Assembly: GCA_965247655.1 (NCBI GenBank)
Contig: OZ252032.1
Coordinates: 1,477,101-1,541,100, forward strand
Length of the DNA stretch: 64,000 nucleotides
Direction: 5' to 3'
From: Candidatus Poribacteria bacterium
GTDB lineage: Bacteria > Poribacteria > WGA-4E > PCPOR2b
Both the position numbers and the translations under genes were made by a program. A model generated the notes under the pieces. That model was not told the DNA's origin. It saw only the letters and a program-made list of their open reading frames with translations, and did no database searches. Shown here piece by piece: positions 18,453 through 27,662 of this stretch (position 1 is its first letter; every line of letters starts with the position of its first letter).

Positions 18453-19835
18453 CTAATCCTTAAAATTCCCGCTACTAAATCCGTAGTTCTGCATTCGGTT
18501 CTGAAGCCGACGGCGAGAAATTCCCAAAAGTTCGGCAGCTTTGGTTTGGTTGCCGCCAGTCTGTGTCAAGGCGACCCGAATGTATTCCTTTACAATTTCT
18601 TCAAGCGCAATCCCATCCGCTGGAATTTCTACAGGAAAATCCCCTAGAGGCAATGAATTATCCGAAATTTCAGGCGGAAGATCTTCAAGGTCAATGACCT
18701 CGTTTTCTGACAGCACGAAGATTCTGTGTAGATAATTTTCAAGTTGACGCACATTCCCGGGCCAATCGTACCGTCGAAGTGTGGACATCGCTCTAGGTGT
18801 CATGCGTTTCGGTTCAACATCGGGATATTCTTGCCCGAACTTCTGGAGGAAGAAGTCAACCAAAAGCCCTATGTCCTCGCTTCGCTCCCGGAGATCGGGT
18901 ATGTGAAGTGGAATGACGTTTAAGCGGAAGAAGAGGTCTTCGCGGAAGTTTCCCTCGTTGACAGCGGTTTGCAAATCTTTATTGGTCGCGGCAAGGACAC
19001 ACACATCAATTTTAATCCGTTTCACCCCACCGACACGCATGATTTCCCTTTCGTGCAAAACATGGAGGAGTTTGCTCTGCGTGTGTACAGAAAGATCGCC
19101 AATTTCATCAAGAAAAACTGTCCCGCCATTTGCCGCTTCAAATACGCCGTCTTTCTGCCGATGCGCATCGGTAAACGCGCCTTTTTCATGCCCGAAGAGT
19201 TGGCTTTCAATCAGCGTTTCAGGCACAGCGCCACAGTTAATCTGCAAGAATGGCTCATCCTTACGCTTTCCGTACTCATGAATTGCTTTGGCAACCAGTC
19301 CTTTCCCTGTACCCGTGTTACCCGTAATTAGCACCTGATTGGCACCGCGATGAATGATTCGAGACATAATTTTGAACAGTTGATGTATAGAATCACTTTG
19401 ACCAATGATTTCTTCAAAATGAATTTCCTGAACAGGGGTTTCACCACTCGATTCTTCATCTGTTATGCCACGTCGCATCTCAATGGCACGCCTAATCTCC
19501 TTCTTGAGGGTATCAATCTGGATCGGTTTTTCAAGGTAATAGAATGCTCCTTCACGTGCCACCAGATCCACAGCATCGTTCACCTCAGCGTAAGCCGTGA
19601 CAATTAGTACCGGCAGATCTGGATCTCTGCTTTTAATTTTATGCAGCAATTCTCGCCCTGACATCTGAGCCATCCGCATATCGCTGACAACGACATCAAA
19701 TAGGTTGTCTTCAATTTTTTCGAGGGCAGCAACGCCATTTTCAGCTGTCTCTATGGTGTAGCCTTCGCGCTTCAATATGGTCTGCAAAACAGTCCGTTGA
19801 CCTTGATCATCATCGACGATCAGTATTGATGGCAT
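18453..19835 (-). CDS. Sigma-54-dependent response regulator (NtrC family: receiver, AAA+ and Fis-HTH domains)
   Basis: The receiver domain is VDDDQG…DVVVSDMRM. The AAA+ domain has TGNTGTGKGLVAKAIH and an ESQLFGHEKGAFTDA arm. The C-terminus is a helix-turn-helix. Confidence 0.9.
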   Translation of the reverse strand: MPSILIVDDDQGQRTVLQTILKREGYTIETAENGVAALEKIEDNLFDVVVSDMRMAQMSGRELLHKIKSRDPDLPVLIVTAYAEVNDAVDLVAREGAFYYLEKPIQIDTLKKEIRRAIEMRRGITDEESSGETPVQEIHFEEIIGQSDSIHQLFKIMSRIIHRGANQVLITGNTGTGKGLVAKAIHEYGKRKDEPFLQINCGAVPETLIESQLFGHEKGAFTDAHRQKDGVFEAANGGTVFLDEIGDLSVHTQSKLLHVLHEREIMRVGGVKRIKIDVCVLAATNKDLQTAVNEGNFREDLFFRLNVIPLHIPDLRERSEDIGLLVDFFLQKFGQEYPDVEPKRMTPRAMSTLRRYDWPGNVRQLENYLHRIFVLSENEVIDLEDLPPEISDNSLPLGDFPVEIPADGIALEEIVKEYIRVALTQTGGNQTKAAELLGISRRRLQNRMQNYGFSSGNFKD

Positions 19836-19855
19836 ACCTAATTTCTCCTTATGGC

Positions 19856-21382
19856 TTACGGCTTTATGGGCTGGGGAGCAATGGGGCTCTTAATAGGCAG
19901 GTAAATCTGAAATGCGGTTCCCATTCCGACTTGGCTTTTGAGTTCAATCCTTCCCCGATGTGCTGTAATAATCTGGTGAGCAATAGCAAGCCCAAGTCCC
20001 ATTCCCCCTTCATTCTCCTTTGTGGTGAAGTAAGCATCAAAAATCCGCTCTTGGATTTCGGGGGGAATACCAATACCCGTATCACGAATCTCAATTTCGA
20101 TGCCGTGACCGGCGAGTGTCTGGGTTGGCTGCGTTGTGATGTAAATTCTTCCACCCTTAGGCATGGCTTGAATACTGTTCTGTATCAGGTTGAAAAGTGT
20201 CTGACGAATCAACCCCGGATCAAGTTGCAGTCGTGGCAGATCTGTAGCGTAATTGGTGATAACCGTGACTTTGGTATTTTCGGTCATGAGGGTAAATTCC
20301 GCTATGACTTGATCTGTGAGCGTATTGAGGTCTGTGGGTTTCAGATCGAGCGTTTTCGGACGATTCAAAGTCACAAACTGCTCAGTAATTCGCTGCAACT
20401 GTTGGATTTCAAAGTTGACAATATCGAGTAGATTTCGAGCTTCTTCGATGTCGTCAGGTTTGACGTTGTTCTGTGAAAAGAGGTCTCGCAGGTGCTGGGC
20501 TGTCATTCCAATAGTATTCAACGGATTACGGATTTCATGAGCGACGCCTGCAGCAAATTGTTGAAGCGCGGCGATGCGCTTTGAGTGGGTTCCTGTCAAT
20601 TGCCTCAACATCCGCACAAGGCTGTAAGTTACGCGCCCGATTTCGTCAGAGGCATAGGACTGTGGCAGCGATTCGGGGTCACCGGCTTCTGCCCGTCTGA
20701 TAATTTCCATCATACCTTGAAGAGGACGAAGCACCAAGCGAGCTGTCATCATATCAATGATTATAACCAATAGGCCGCTCACAACAATAATGGAAATCAG
20801 GAGCATGACGCGGAGACGGTAGAGATGGTTGGCGAGATCGGGACCAGCAAAGAGCGCTTGAATAAATCCGTCGATCCGTTGTTCTGTGGCAAACTCTTCT
20901 CCAACGATTTCGAGCGAATAGGGAATGATAACCGCTGTCGCATCTCTGCCGTTAATTTGGGGCGTCCTGTAGAGTTCAAAGCCTTTCTTTCTTATTTCAT
21001 ATACCCCTTCATCGGTTAAATTTATATGGTCGTTCACCCCCTTATTTGGAATTAAACTGGCTTGGATCCTTGCATCAATTCCGAACGTCACATTTATGTC
21101 TAAAACATCTAGCATCTCATTAGGCTTCTGCGTTTTTAATTCTCGAAGGGCGTGTTCGAGTTCCTCTCTGTATAGTGCCAGCCGCTTTCCAATCTCGTTT
21201 TCAACAAGTGGACGAATAGTCTTTTCTGCAATTTCTTTGAAACGCGCACCACGTTTTATGCCCTGTTCGTAAAGGCTTCCAAGGTCATCTACAGCTTTAA
21301 TATTGAGAAGCATGTAGAAGGCGGCGAGGAGGATCAAAACGGATAGATTAATAATGAGGGCGTACTTCCACTGTAAACGCAT
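19856..21382 (-). CDS. Sensor histidine kinase (transmembrane, HAMP, HisKA and HATPase_c domains)
   Basis: The H-box is AAGVAHEIRNPLNTI. The G-boxes are DTGIGIP and GGMGLGLAI. Confidence 0.85.
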   Translation of the reverse strand: MRLQWKYALIINLSVLILLAAFYMLLNIKAVDDLGSLYEQGIKRGARFKEIAEKTIRPLVENEIGKRLALYREELEHALRELKTQKPNEMLDVLDINVTFGIDARIQASLIPNKGVNDHINLTDEGVYEIRKKGFELYRTPQINGRDATAVIIPYSLEIVGEEFATEQRIDGFIQALFAGPDLANHLYRLRVMLLISIIVVSGLLVIIIDMMTARLVLRPLQGMMEIIRRAEAGDPESLPQSYASDEIGRVTYSLVRMLRQLTGTHSKRIAALQQFAAGVAHEIRNPLNTIGMTAQHLRDLFSQNNVKPDDIEEARNLLDIVNFEIQQLQRITEQFVTLNRPKTLDLKPTDLNTLTDQVIAEFTLMTENTKVTVITNYATDLPRLQLDPGLIRQTLFNLIQNSIQAMPKGGRIYITTQPTQTLAGHGIEIEIRDTGIGIPPEIQERIFDAYFTTKENEGGMGLGLAIAHQIITAHRGRIELKSQVGMGTAFQIYLPIKSPIAPQPIKP

Positions 21383-21383
21383 G

Positions 21384-22913
21384 TTAGCTCATAACCCTTC
21401 GGACGGCGTTCTTCCAACCATCCAGTTTTTCTTGTCGTTGATCGGCACCAATTTGCGGCGAAAAAACCGTATCGACTTTCCGATGGGATTCCAATTCTTG
21501 AATCCCATTCCACACGCCGACGGTCAACCCCGCCAGATACCCCGCACCAAGCCCGGTCGTTTCAATTCGTGTCGGGCGTTCCACATCTATATCCAATATA
21601 TCCGCCTGAAATTGCATCAGGAAATTGTTCGCAACTGCCCCACCATCAACGCGCAGCCGATCTAGTTCAACCCCTGCATCGGTGTGCATCGCTGTGACGA
21701 CATCTGCCGTTTGAAGTGCCATTGATTCCAACGTCGCCCGGACAATATGCGCACGGGTTGCACCACGTGTCAAGCCAAGTATTGCGCCTTGCGCGTCTGC
21801 GTCCCAGTACGGTGCGCCGAGACCTGTAAAAGCAGGAACTACAAAGACACCGCCTGAATCTGGAACGCTGGTGGCAATCGCTTCCGTTTCCGCGGCAGTG
21901 TTAATAAGACGCAATCCATCCCGCAGCCATTGTACCGCCGCCCCTGCGACAAACACGCTTCCCTCAAGCGCGTAAACCGGCGTTTCATCGAGGCCGCAAG
22001 CCAATGTCGTCAACATTCCGGACTTTGAGTGAACACGCTGCTCACCTGTATTCAGCATTAGGAAGCAGCCGGTGCCGTAGGTGTTCTTCGCCATGCCGGT
22101 TTGCGTACAAAGCTGCCCAAATAGAGCTGATTGTTGATCGCCAGCAATTCCAGCAATTGGGATACTGTCCGGCAACGGCGCAATATCTTTCGTCCTCCCG
22201 AAAATGCTTCCGGAGGTCTGCACGTTTGGCAGAACAGACTTTGGGACGCGCAGCATATCCAACAGTTCGTCATCCCACGCGAGTGTGTCGATATTAAACA
22301 GCATCGTTCGGGAGGCGTTCGTGTAGTCTGTTACGTGGACTTCACCTCCTGTTAGATACCACAGCAGCCATGTATCAATAGTTCCAAACGCGAGTTCGCC
22401 GCGTTCAGCGCGCTCACGTGCACCATCAACCTGATCCAGAATCCATGCGATCTTCGTCGCCGAAAAGTACGGATCGATTACCAAACCTGTTTTCGCCCGT
22501 ACCCGTTCTTCAAGTGAGCGTTCCTTCAGATCAGCGCAGATATCCGATGTGCGACGGCACTGCCACACAATTGCGGGGTGAATCGGTCGTCCGGTCTTGC
22601 GTTCCCACACCACCGTCGTTTCCCGCTGATTCGTCACCCCAATAGCTGCAATCTCATCTGCGACCCCGTGTTCATCAATTAAGTCTGCGATGACTCGATA
22701 CGTTACTTCCCAAATCTCAATGGGATCGTGTTCAACCCAGCCGGGACGGGGATAGTGCTGCGTAAATTCACGGTAACCATGTGCGACAATCTCCCCATGT
22801 GCGTCAATGAGTAGCACTGTTGAGCCGGTTGTGCCTTGATCGATCGAAAGAATATAGGGGGGATGTGCCATTCTGTTTTCACCAAATACAATAAAAATCT
22901 GTGCCATCTGCAA
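21384..22913 (-). CDS. glpK: Glycerol kinase
   Basis: The FGGY-kinase N-terminus is ILSIDQGTTGST, followed by motifs HYPRPGWVEHDP and ETTGLGAGYLAGL. Its stop lies 2 nt from the histidine kinase start. Confidence 0.9.
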   Translation of the reverse strand: MQMAQIFIVFGENRMAHPPYILSIDQGTTGSTVLLIDAHGEIVAHGYREFTQHYPRPGWVEHDPIEIWEVTYRVIADLIDEHGVADEIAAIGVTNQRETTVVWERKTGRPIHPAIVWQCRRTSDICADLKERSLEERVRAKTGLVIDPYFSATKIAWILDQVDGARERAERGELAFGTIDTWLLWYLTGGEVHVTDYTNASRTMLFNIDTLAWDDELLDMLRVPKSVLPNVQTSGSIFGRTKDIAPLPDSIPIAGIAGDQQSALFGQLCTQTGMAKNTYGTGCFLMLNTGEQRVHSKSGMLTTLACGLDETPVYALEGSVFVAGAAVQWLRDGLRLINTAAETEAIATSVPDSGGVFVVPAFTGLGAPYWDADAQGAILGLTRGATRAHIVRATLESMALQTADVVTAMHTDAGVELDRLRVDGGAVANNFLMQFQADILDIDVERPTRIETTGLGAGYLAGLTVGVWNGIQELESHRKVDTVFSPQIGADQRQEKLDGWKNAVRRVMS

Positions 22914-22962
22914 AGCGTTTTCAATATACCACAGCCGTTGGGAACCGTCAACAGGAAAAAGA

Positions 22963-22991
22963 GATTGACAAAAGATATAGTTGAGACTACA
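22963..22991 (+). promoter_or_regulatory. Consensus sigma-70-type promoter: TTGACA, a 17-nt spacer, then TACAAT
   Basis: The perfect -35 and -10 hexamers lie ~55 nt upstream of the island gene. Confidence 0.5.
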
Positions 22992-23046
22992 ATTTTAATC
23001 GCGGAAAAGATGATTTTCACAGATAAAGATTGATTAGGAATCAGAA

Positions 23047-23700
23047 ATGGCAGAGCATACCCGAAAAAAACGCAGAAAGAAACAAATTATTCATAACAAC
23101 AAAAAAGAAGACAAAAGATCAGGAACAGAACAGAACCTTGCACAGGCAGAAAGAACACTAGGGGCATTTCTCATAGCATGGGGAAATATTGAAGTATCAA
23201 TTAGGACTTTAGAGTTAATGCTTACAGAAGAAGAATTGACATTTTCAGCAAAATCAGAGGAAATTGATGAAAATTGGTATCAACCATCTAAGTCATTTTT
23301 TCGGCGACGACTCCAAAATGTATTGCCAGAGAAAAGTGACCTAATTGAAAAATTATTACGACTCAGTGATGTGCGGAATTTCATTGTGCACAACTCACTG
23401 CAAAGCATTTGTCCACCGGATGCTAACGAGTTTACGCCAGTAATTATCCATGCAGATATCTGTGCAAGCGCGTTCGCACAAAGTGAATGTCTCGGCGAAA
23501 CAAATTTGTATGCACCTAAAATGAAATTCGCAGATGGGCAATTTATAACAATGGAAAAAATTAACAAAGCAACTGATGATTTGAAAGACATTAATCGGAG
23601 GCTTGAAGATATTACCGATAAAATTAGAAAATTAGGACCAAACAAAAGAGTACGAATTAAAACGATGTCCATCGAAAAAGTGAATGATGAGAAACAATAA
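23047..23700 (+). CDS. Hypothetical protein on the AT-rich island, with a basic N-terminal tail and an R-x4-H motif (HEPN-like?)
   Basis: The 217-aa ORF starts TRKKRRKKQIIHNNKKEDKR. Mid-protein it has the motif DVRNFIVHNSL. The ORF and its flanks (22920-24110) are ~37% GC, against >50% outside them. Confidence 0.5.
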   Translation: MAEHTRKKRRKKQIIHNNKKEDKRSGTEQNLAQAERTLGAFLIAWGNIEVSIRTLELMLTEEELTFSAKSEEIDENWYQPSKSFFRRRLQNVLPEKSDLIEKLLRLSDVRNFIVHNSLQSICPPDANEFTPVIIHADICASAFAQSECLGETNLYAPKMKFADGQFITMEKINKATDDLKDINRRLEDITDKIRKLGPNKRVRIKTMSIEKVNDEKQ

Positions 23701-24113
23701 CAACCGTTCGTACACGTTTTATTTGTGCCAACAGTCCAATTCAAACAAAGACTATGCTGTTCCTATCGCCTCTGATGCTACGGTTGCTTGCTTTTAGAGA
23801 TACTAGGACATTAAACAGCTTGATTGAGTATAGCATGGTCAACTACTTATCCATGAAAATCGAACATTCTTGCTTTATGACCGAAGGCGAAACTAGTAAT
23901 GTCTATCTCATCTCCGTAAAAGGGAACAGACAAAGAAACACCTTTCAGTGGTAGTCCACCAGAACTAACTTACTTTGATAGGGATAGTTCTGGTGCCTGT
24001 ACTTTTCGTATGAATAAGAAGAATCACTAATCGTATAATTCCAAGATTTAATCTATCATGAAAGTTTAGCATTTCATGTTCATTTACCCCTTCAAAGAAA
24101 GGTCGGAACATTA

Positions 24114-25256
24114 ATGAAGATTACGAATATCAAAACCTATATGGCACGCTTCGGCGGACGCTCAAGAGGACTGATTAAAGTTGAGACTGATGAAGGCATT
24201 CACGGTTGGGGCGAATCCTACTCTGTGGGACCGAACCTCGCAGCCGAACCCATTGCGGATTACATCTTTGAGATGATTAAAGGTGAGGACCCACGTCGCA
24301 TCGAGTACATCATGATGAAGATTCATCAACAATTTCGCTTTCCTGCTGGCGGTGTGGGTCTCGCAGTTACCTCCGCAATTGACCACGCCTTGTGGGACAT
24401 CAGCGGTAAAGCCGCGAATCTTCCTGTCTATATGCTTCTCGGTGGGACCGTCCGCGATCGCATCCGCGTCTATCACGGCATCGGAGGTCGTGATGGACAG
24501 GAAGTCGGTGAAACAGCACATCGATTAAACGAAGAGGGGGGCTTTACAGCTTTCAAAACCAGCCCTTATCCGATCGAGCCGGACGCAAATCGTTGGGGAA
24601 GAGTTTGCGCTGCTGCCGCTGACTATTTCGAGGGAATCCGTAAGCACACCCCCGAAGACTGGGAGTTTGCATTTGACCCACACGCCAAGATCTTTGAACC
24701 AATTCGTGCACTACAATTATCCAATGCGCTAGCACCTTATGATCCCTATTTCTACGAAGAACCGCTCAGACCCGAACACATCCCCGCATGGTCTCGCTTG
24801 CGTTCTCAGATGCAAGTACCATTGGCAACCGGTGAATCCCTCTACGCACGTTTTGAGTTCCTCAACCTGATGGCTGCGCAAGGGGCAGACATCATTCAGC
24901 CGGACATCTGCGTCTGCGGTGGATTGCTCGAAATGCGCAAAATCGCCGCTATTGCCGAAGCACATTATGTCTCCATTGCCCCCCACAATCCGATGGGACC
25001 TTTGGCGACCGCGGTGAACGTGCACTTTGCTGCAGCAACGCCCAATTTCAAGATTCTCGAATACATCTCGCCGATAGGAACTGAATGGAATGAGTGGGTG
25101 GACGAACCCTATCTGCCCAAAGATGGGTATCTTGAGTTGCGCGATCGTCCGGGGCTCGGTGTGGAGATAAATGAAGACATCATCGGAGATGACGAATATG
25201 TCCACTGGCAACGCACCTGCCCGATTCGTCCAGATGGGTCAACTGGATATATTTAG
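24114..25256 (+). CDS. Enolase-superfamily (MR/MLE) dehydratase of the D-galactonate/D-mannonate dehydratase type
   Basis: The sequence is MKITNIKTY…VETDEGIHGWGES…ALWDISGKAANLPVYMLLGG. Confidence 0.8.
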   Translation: MKITNIKTYMARFGGRSRGLIKVETDEGIHGWGESYSVGPNLAAEPIADYIFEMIKGEDPRRIEYIMMKIHQQFRFPAGGVGLAVTSAIDHALWDISGKAANLPVYMLLGGTVRDRIRVYHGIGGRDGQEVGETAHRLNEEGGFTAFKTSPYPIEPDANRWGRVCAAAADYFEGIRKHTPEDWEFAFDPHAKIFEPIRALQLSNALAPYDPYFYEEPLRPEHIPAWSRLRSQMQVPLATGESLYARFEFLNLMAAQGADIIQPDICVCGGLLEMRKIAAIAEAHYVSIAPHNPMGPLATAVNVHFAAATPNFKILEYISPIGTEWNEWVDEPYLPKDGYLELRDRPGLGVEINEDIIGDDEYVHWQRTCPIRPDGSTGYI

Positions 25257-25397
25257 ACAGGGACGTGATGCGTAAAACGTGAAACGTGAAAAATAAGACG
25301 GGAAGTTGGAAGATTGTCATATGACGTGTCAGCCTTCCATTTCTTAGCGGATCGTTCGATTGACTTTTGCGTTTGCTCACCAATAATCTTTCTAGGA

Positions 25398-25447
25398 CTG
25401 CTGTTTGAGGGTTTCGCGGATCTCCTCAAACAGCAGATCATTTTCAA
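25398..25447 (+). terminator. Strong stem-loop (13-bp perfect stem) followed by a T-rich tract, a likely terminator
   Basis: The stem is CTGCTGTTTGAGG paired with CCTCAAACAGCAG, and ATCATTTTCAAG follows. Confidence 0.45.
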
Positions 25448-25570
25448 GAATGCCTGAGATTTGTTTCTCACCCTCTTGCCCACCTATCCCTTCCATACAC
25501 AATAAAATTGATGGATGTCGTCATTTGATTTTCTCGCTGCGTCCTCCGGAATTCAGTATAAGAAATTAGG

Positions 25571-25599
25571 TTGAGGAATATTGAGAGACGTGATACAAT
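25571..25599 (+). promoter_or_regulatory. Putative sigma-70 promoter: TTGAGG, a 17-nt spacer, then TACAAT
   Basis: It lies ~50 nt upstream of the Rieske gene start. Confidence 0.4.
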
Positions 25600-25649
25600 G
25601 AAGTTGTTGAACGTGAAGCGTAAGATTTAAATAGACAGATGAGAAAGGA

Positions 25650-25982
25650 ATGCGAATGTCTCAGTTTGTAAAGGCTGCGGAAACAACGGAAGTCCAGCCC
25701 GGTGATTGCCTCGGTGTTAAGGTTGAAGGCGTTTTCATCGGTATATACAACATCAACGGTAATTACTACGCGATGAATAACATCTGCCCACACCTTGGCG
25801 GCGTTTTAAGCTACGGATTCTTCGATGATAACGTCGTCACTTGTCCGCTCCACATGTGGGAGTTTGATGTACAGACAGGAAAATGCCTCTGGCCAGAGCA
25901 GGAAAAACTCCCAACTTATCCTGTAAAAATTGAGGGCAATGATATTCTTGTCAATGTCAATTCACCCCAGTCCCATCAATAG
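25650..25982 (+). CDS. Rieske [2Fe-2S] ferredoxin-like protein (NirD-like)
   Basis: The two metal-binding boxes are CPHLGG and CPLHMW. Confidence 0.8.
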   Translation: MRMSQFVKAAETTEVQPGDCLGVKVEGVFIGIYNINGNYYAMNNICPHLGGVLSYGFFDDNVVTCPLHMWEFDVQTGKCLWPEQEKLPTYPVKIEGNDILVNVNSPQSHQ

Positions 25983-26098
25983 GCGCGCAAAGCAGGGATA
26001 TAAAGAAAACCAGCGGTGTTTACGCGCTACGGATCGGAATATCTCTGTGCTTCACTGATTTTCTCAACAATTACAAAAAGGAAATGATTTAAGAGGAG

Positions 26099-27064
26099 TT
26101 GAAGTCTATGGCATATTTGATAACAGGTGGAATGGGGTGCATTGGATCCTATGTCATTCGTGACCTTCTGAACGCCGGCGAAAAAATTATTGTGTACGAT
26201 TTTATTCCAGATTTAACAATTCCCAAAATGGTGTTGACAGAGGAACAACTTGAACAATTTACCTTTGTCCAAGGGGACATCACCGATCTCCCACATGTGT
26301 TGCGAACGGTCCAGGAGCACGAAATCGATCGGATTATCCATCTCGCATCGTGGCAGGTGCCAGCGTGCGATGCCAACCCACCACAGGCGTTGAAGATTGT
26401 ATGTGAGGGCACAATCAATATGTTTGAGGCAGCGCGAATTTTCGGTCTCAAACGGGTTGTCTGGGCGAGCAGTGTCGCAGTCTTCGGATCACCAGAAGAT
26501 TACAATTACCAACAGATCGAAAATGATGCCCCACATTATCCAAAATTCATCTACGGGGCATGCAAATCCATGAACGAAAGGTATGCGGCACACTATTTCG
26601 ACAACTACGATGTAGACACGATAGGGCTACGATTTACCGCGGTTTACGGTGTCGGACGGACCCGGGGGATGAGTTCATTTTCAACGCAAATGATTGAAGC
26701 TGCTGCACATGGAAAACCCTACGTTTCTCCATTCGGCGATGATGCGATAGATTGGCAATACGTCGAAGATGTGTCCAGATCTATTGTGATGTCGTGTACC
26801 TGTCCGGCGACGAAGACGCGTGTTTTCAACGTCAAAGGTGGAATTCGTACGGTTAAGGAAGGCGTCGCTTACTTAAAGAAATTGGTGCCCAGTGCACAGA
26901 TTGCGCTTGAGCCGGGCGTGTTTGGAATTTCATGGGATTATGATGCGGATCCAATCGCTCAAGAAGTCGGGTTCACACCCCAATACACAATGGAGCAAGG
27001 AATCTTGAAGACGCTCAATCGTTTCCGTGAGTTGGCAGGACCGGATCCGATTCAGGAACTGTGA
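26099..27064 (+). CDS. NAD-dependent epimerase/dehydratase (extended SDR family)
   Basis: The N-terminus is ITGGMGCIGSYVIRDL, and the catalytic motif YGACK is present. Confidence 0.85.
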   Translation: MKSMAYLITGGMGCIGSYVIRDLLNAGEKIIVYDFIPDLTIPKMVLTEEQLEQFTFVQGDITDLPHVLRTVQEHEIDRIIHLASWQVPACDANPPQALKIVCEGTINMFEAARIFGLKRVVWASSVAVFGSPEDYNYQQIENDAPHYPKFIYGACKSMNERYAAHYFDNYDVDTIGLRFTAVYGVGRTRGMSSFSTQMIEAAAHGKPYVSPFGDDAIDWQYVEDVSRSIVMSCTCPATKTRVFNVKGGIRTVKEGVAYLKKLVPSAQIALEPGVFGISWDYDADPIAQEVGFTPQYTMEQGILKTLNRFRELAGPDPIQEL

Positions 27065-27098
27065 TTCGCGAAGGACAAAACGTAAGATGGAGAGTGCT

Positions 27099-27551
27099 AT
27101 GGAATTTGAACTTCAAACCCTCGATCAGCGGCTTGGAAAATTTGAAGGCGTCCAGCAACAGCACGATCAACGTCTCGCAGATATTGAGCGTCGATTAAGC
27201 ACAATTGAAGTCCTAATTAGGGATGTCCGTGCAGAAGGGCACCGTGAGCGAGAGGCATTGCGCACTGAGCTAACGAGTCAGATTCATGAGACTCGTACAG
27301 AATTAATCGGTCACATTGAGAGTGTTAGAACCGAACTGACTAGCAAAATTGAAAGTTATCGAGAGGAAATCGTAGGGGTTCGAGGGGAAATCGCAGGAGT
27401 TCGGGGGGAAATCGCAGGAGTTCGCGTGGAACTCAACGGACGAATAGACCAACTGAGTAACAAAATTGATGGACTGTACAAGTGGATTATCGGCATCCTG
27501 ATTGCAGTTGGGGTAAGCGTAATAGCGTCTCTCCTGAAGGGAATTTTCTAA
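27099..27551 (+). CDS. Tail-anchored coiled-coil protein (DUF1640-like?) with tandem heptapeptide repeats
   Basis: An RBS GGAGAG precedes the ATG at 27099; an earlier in-frame ATG at 27027 would overlap the epimerase gene. The protein has hendecad-like repeats (RTELTSQIHET / RTELIGHIESV / RTELTSKIESY) and then GVRGEIA repeated three times. The C-terminus carries a transmembrane helix, WIIGILIAVGVSVIASLL. Confidence 0.55.
   Translation: MEFELQTLDQRLGKFEGVQQQHDQRLADIERRLSTIEVLIRDVRAEGHREREALRTELTSQIHETRTELIGHIESVRTELTSKIESYREEIVGVRGEIAGVRGEIAGVRVELNGRIDQLSNKIDGLYKWIIGILIAVGVSVIASLLKGIF
27363..27430 (+). repeat. 21-bp tandem repeat (about three units) inside the coiled-coil gene, encoding GVRGEIA heptads
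   Basis: The DNA reads gaaatcgtaggggttcgaggg / gaaatcgcaggagttcggggg / gaaatcgcaggagttcgcgtg. Confidence 0.7.
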
Positions 27552-27662
27552 GAGAGTGTGTGAAGCCTATTTTAGTAGTTGTGGCGCAGAATCTGCTCTC
27601 GACGCAATCAGGAACCCTAACTTGGAGATGGCCGGTGATTCAGCCACAACCAACCTATAACC

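Noticed and set aside
23754-23954. A 66-aa ORF in the AT-rich tail of the island, considered as a possible partner (antitoxin or immunity) gene
   Set aside because: It has no RBS, a hydrophobic low-complexity sequence, and sits in a region with stops in the other frames. There is insufficient support for it.
27363-27430. Short tandem direct repeats that could be mistaken for a CRISPR array
   Set aside because: The units are 21 bp, contiguous without spacers, and lie in-frame inside a coiled-coil coding region. No array of 24-48-bp repeats with unique spacers was seen anywhere in the window.
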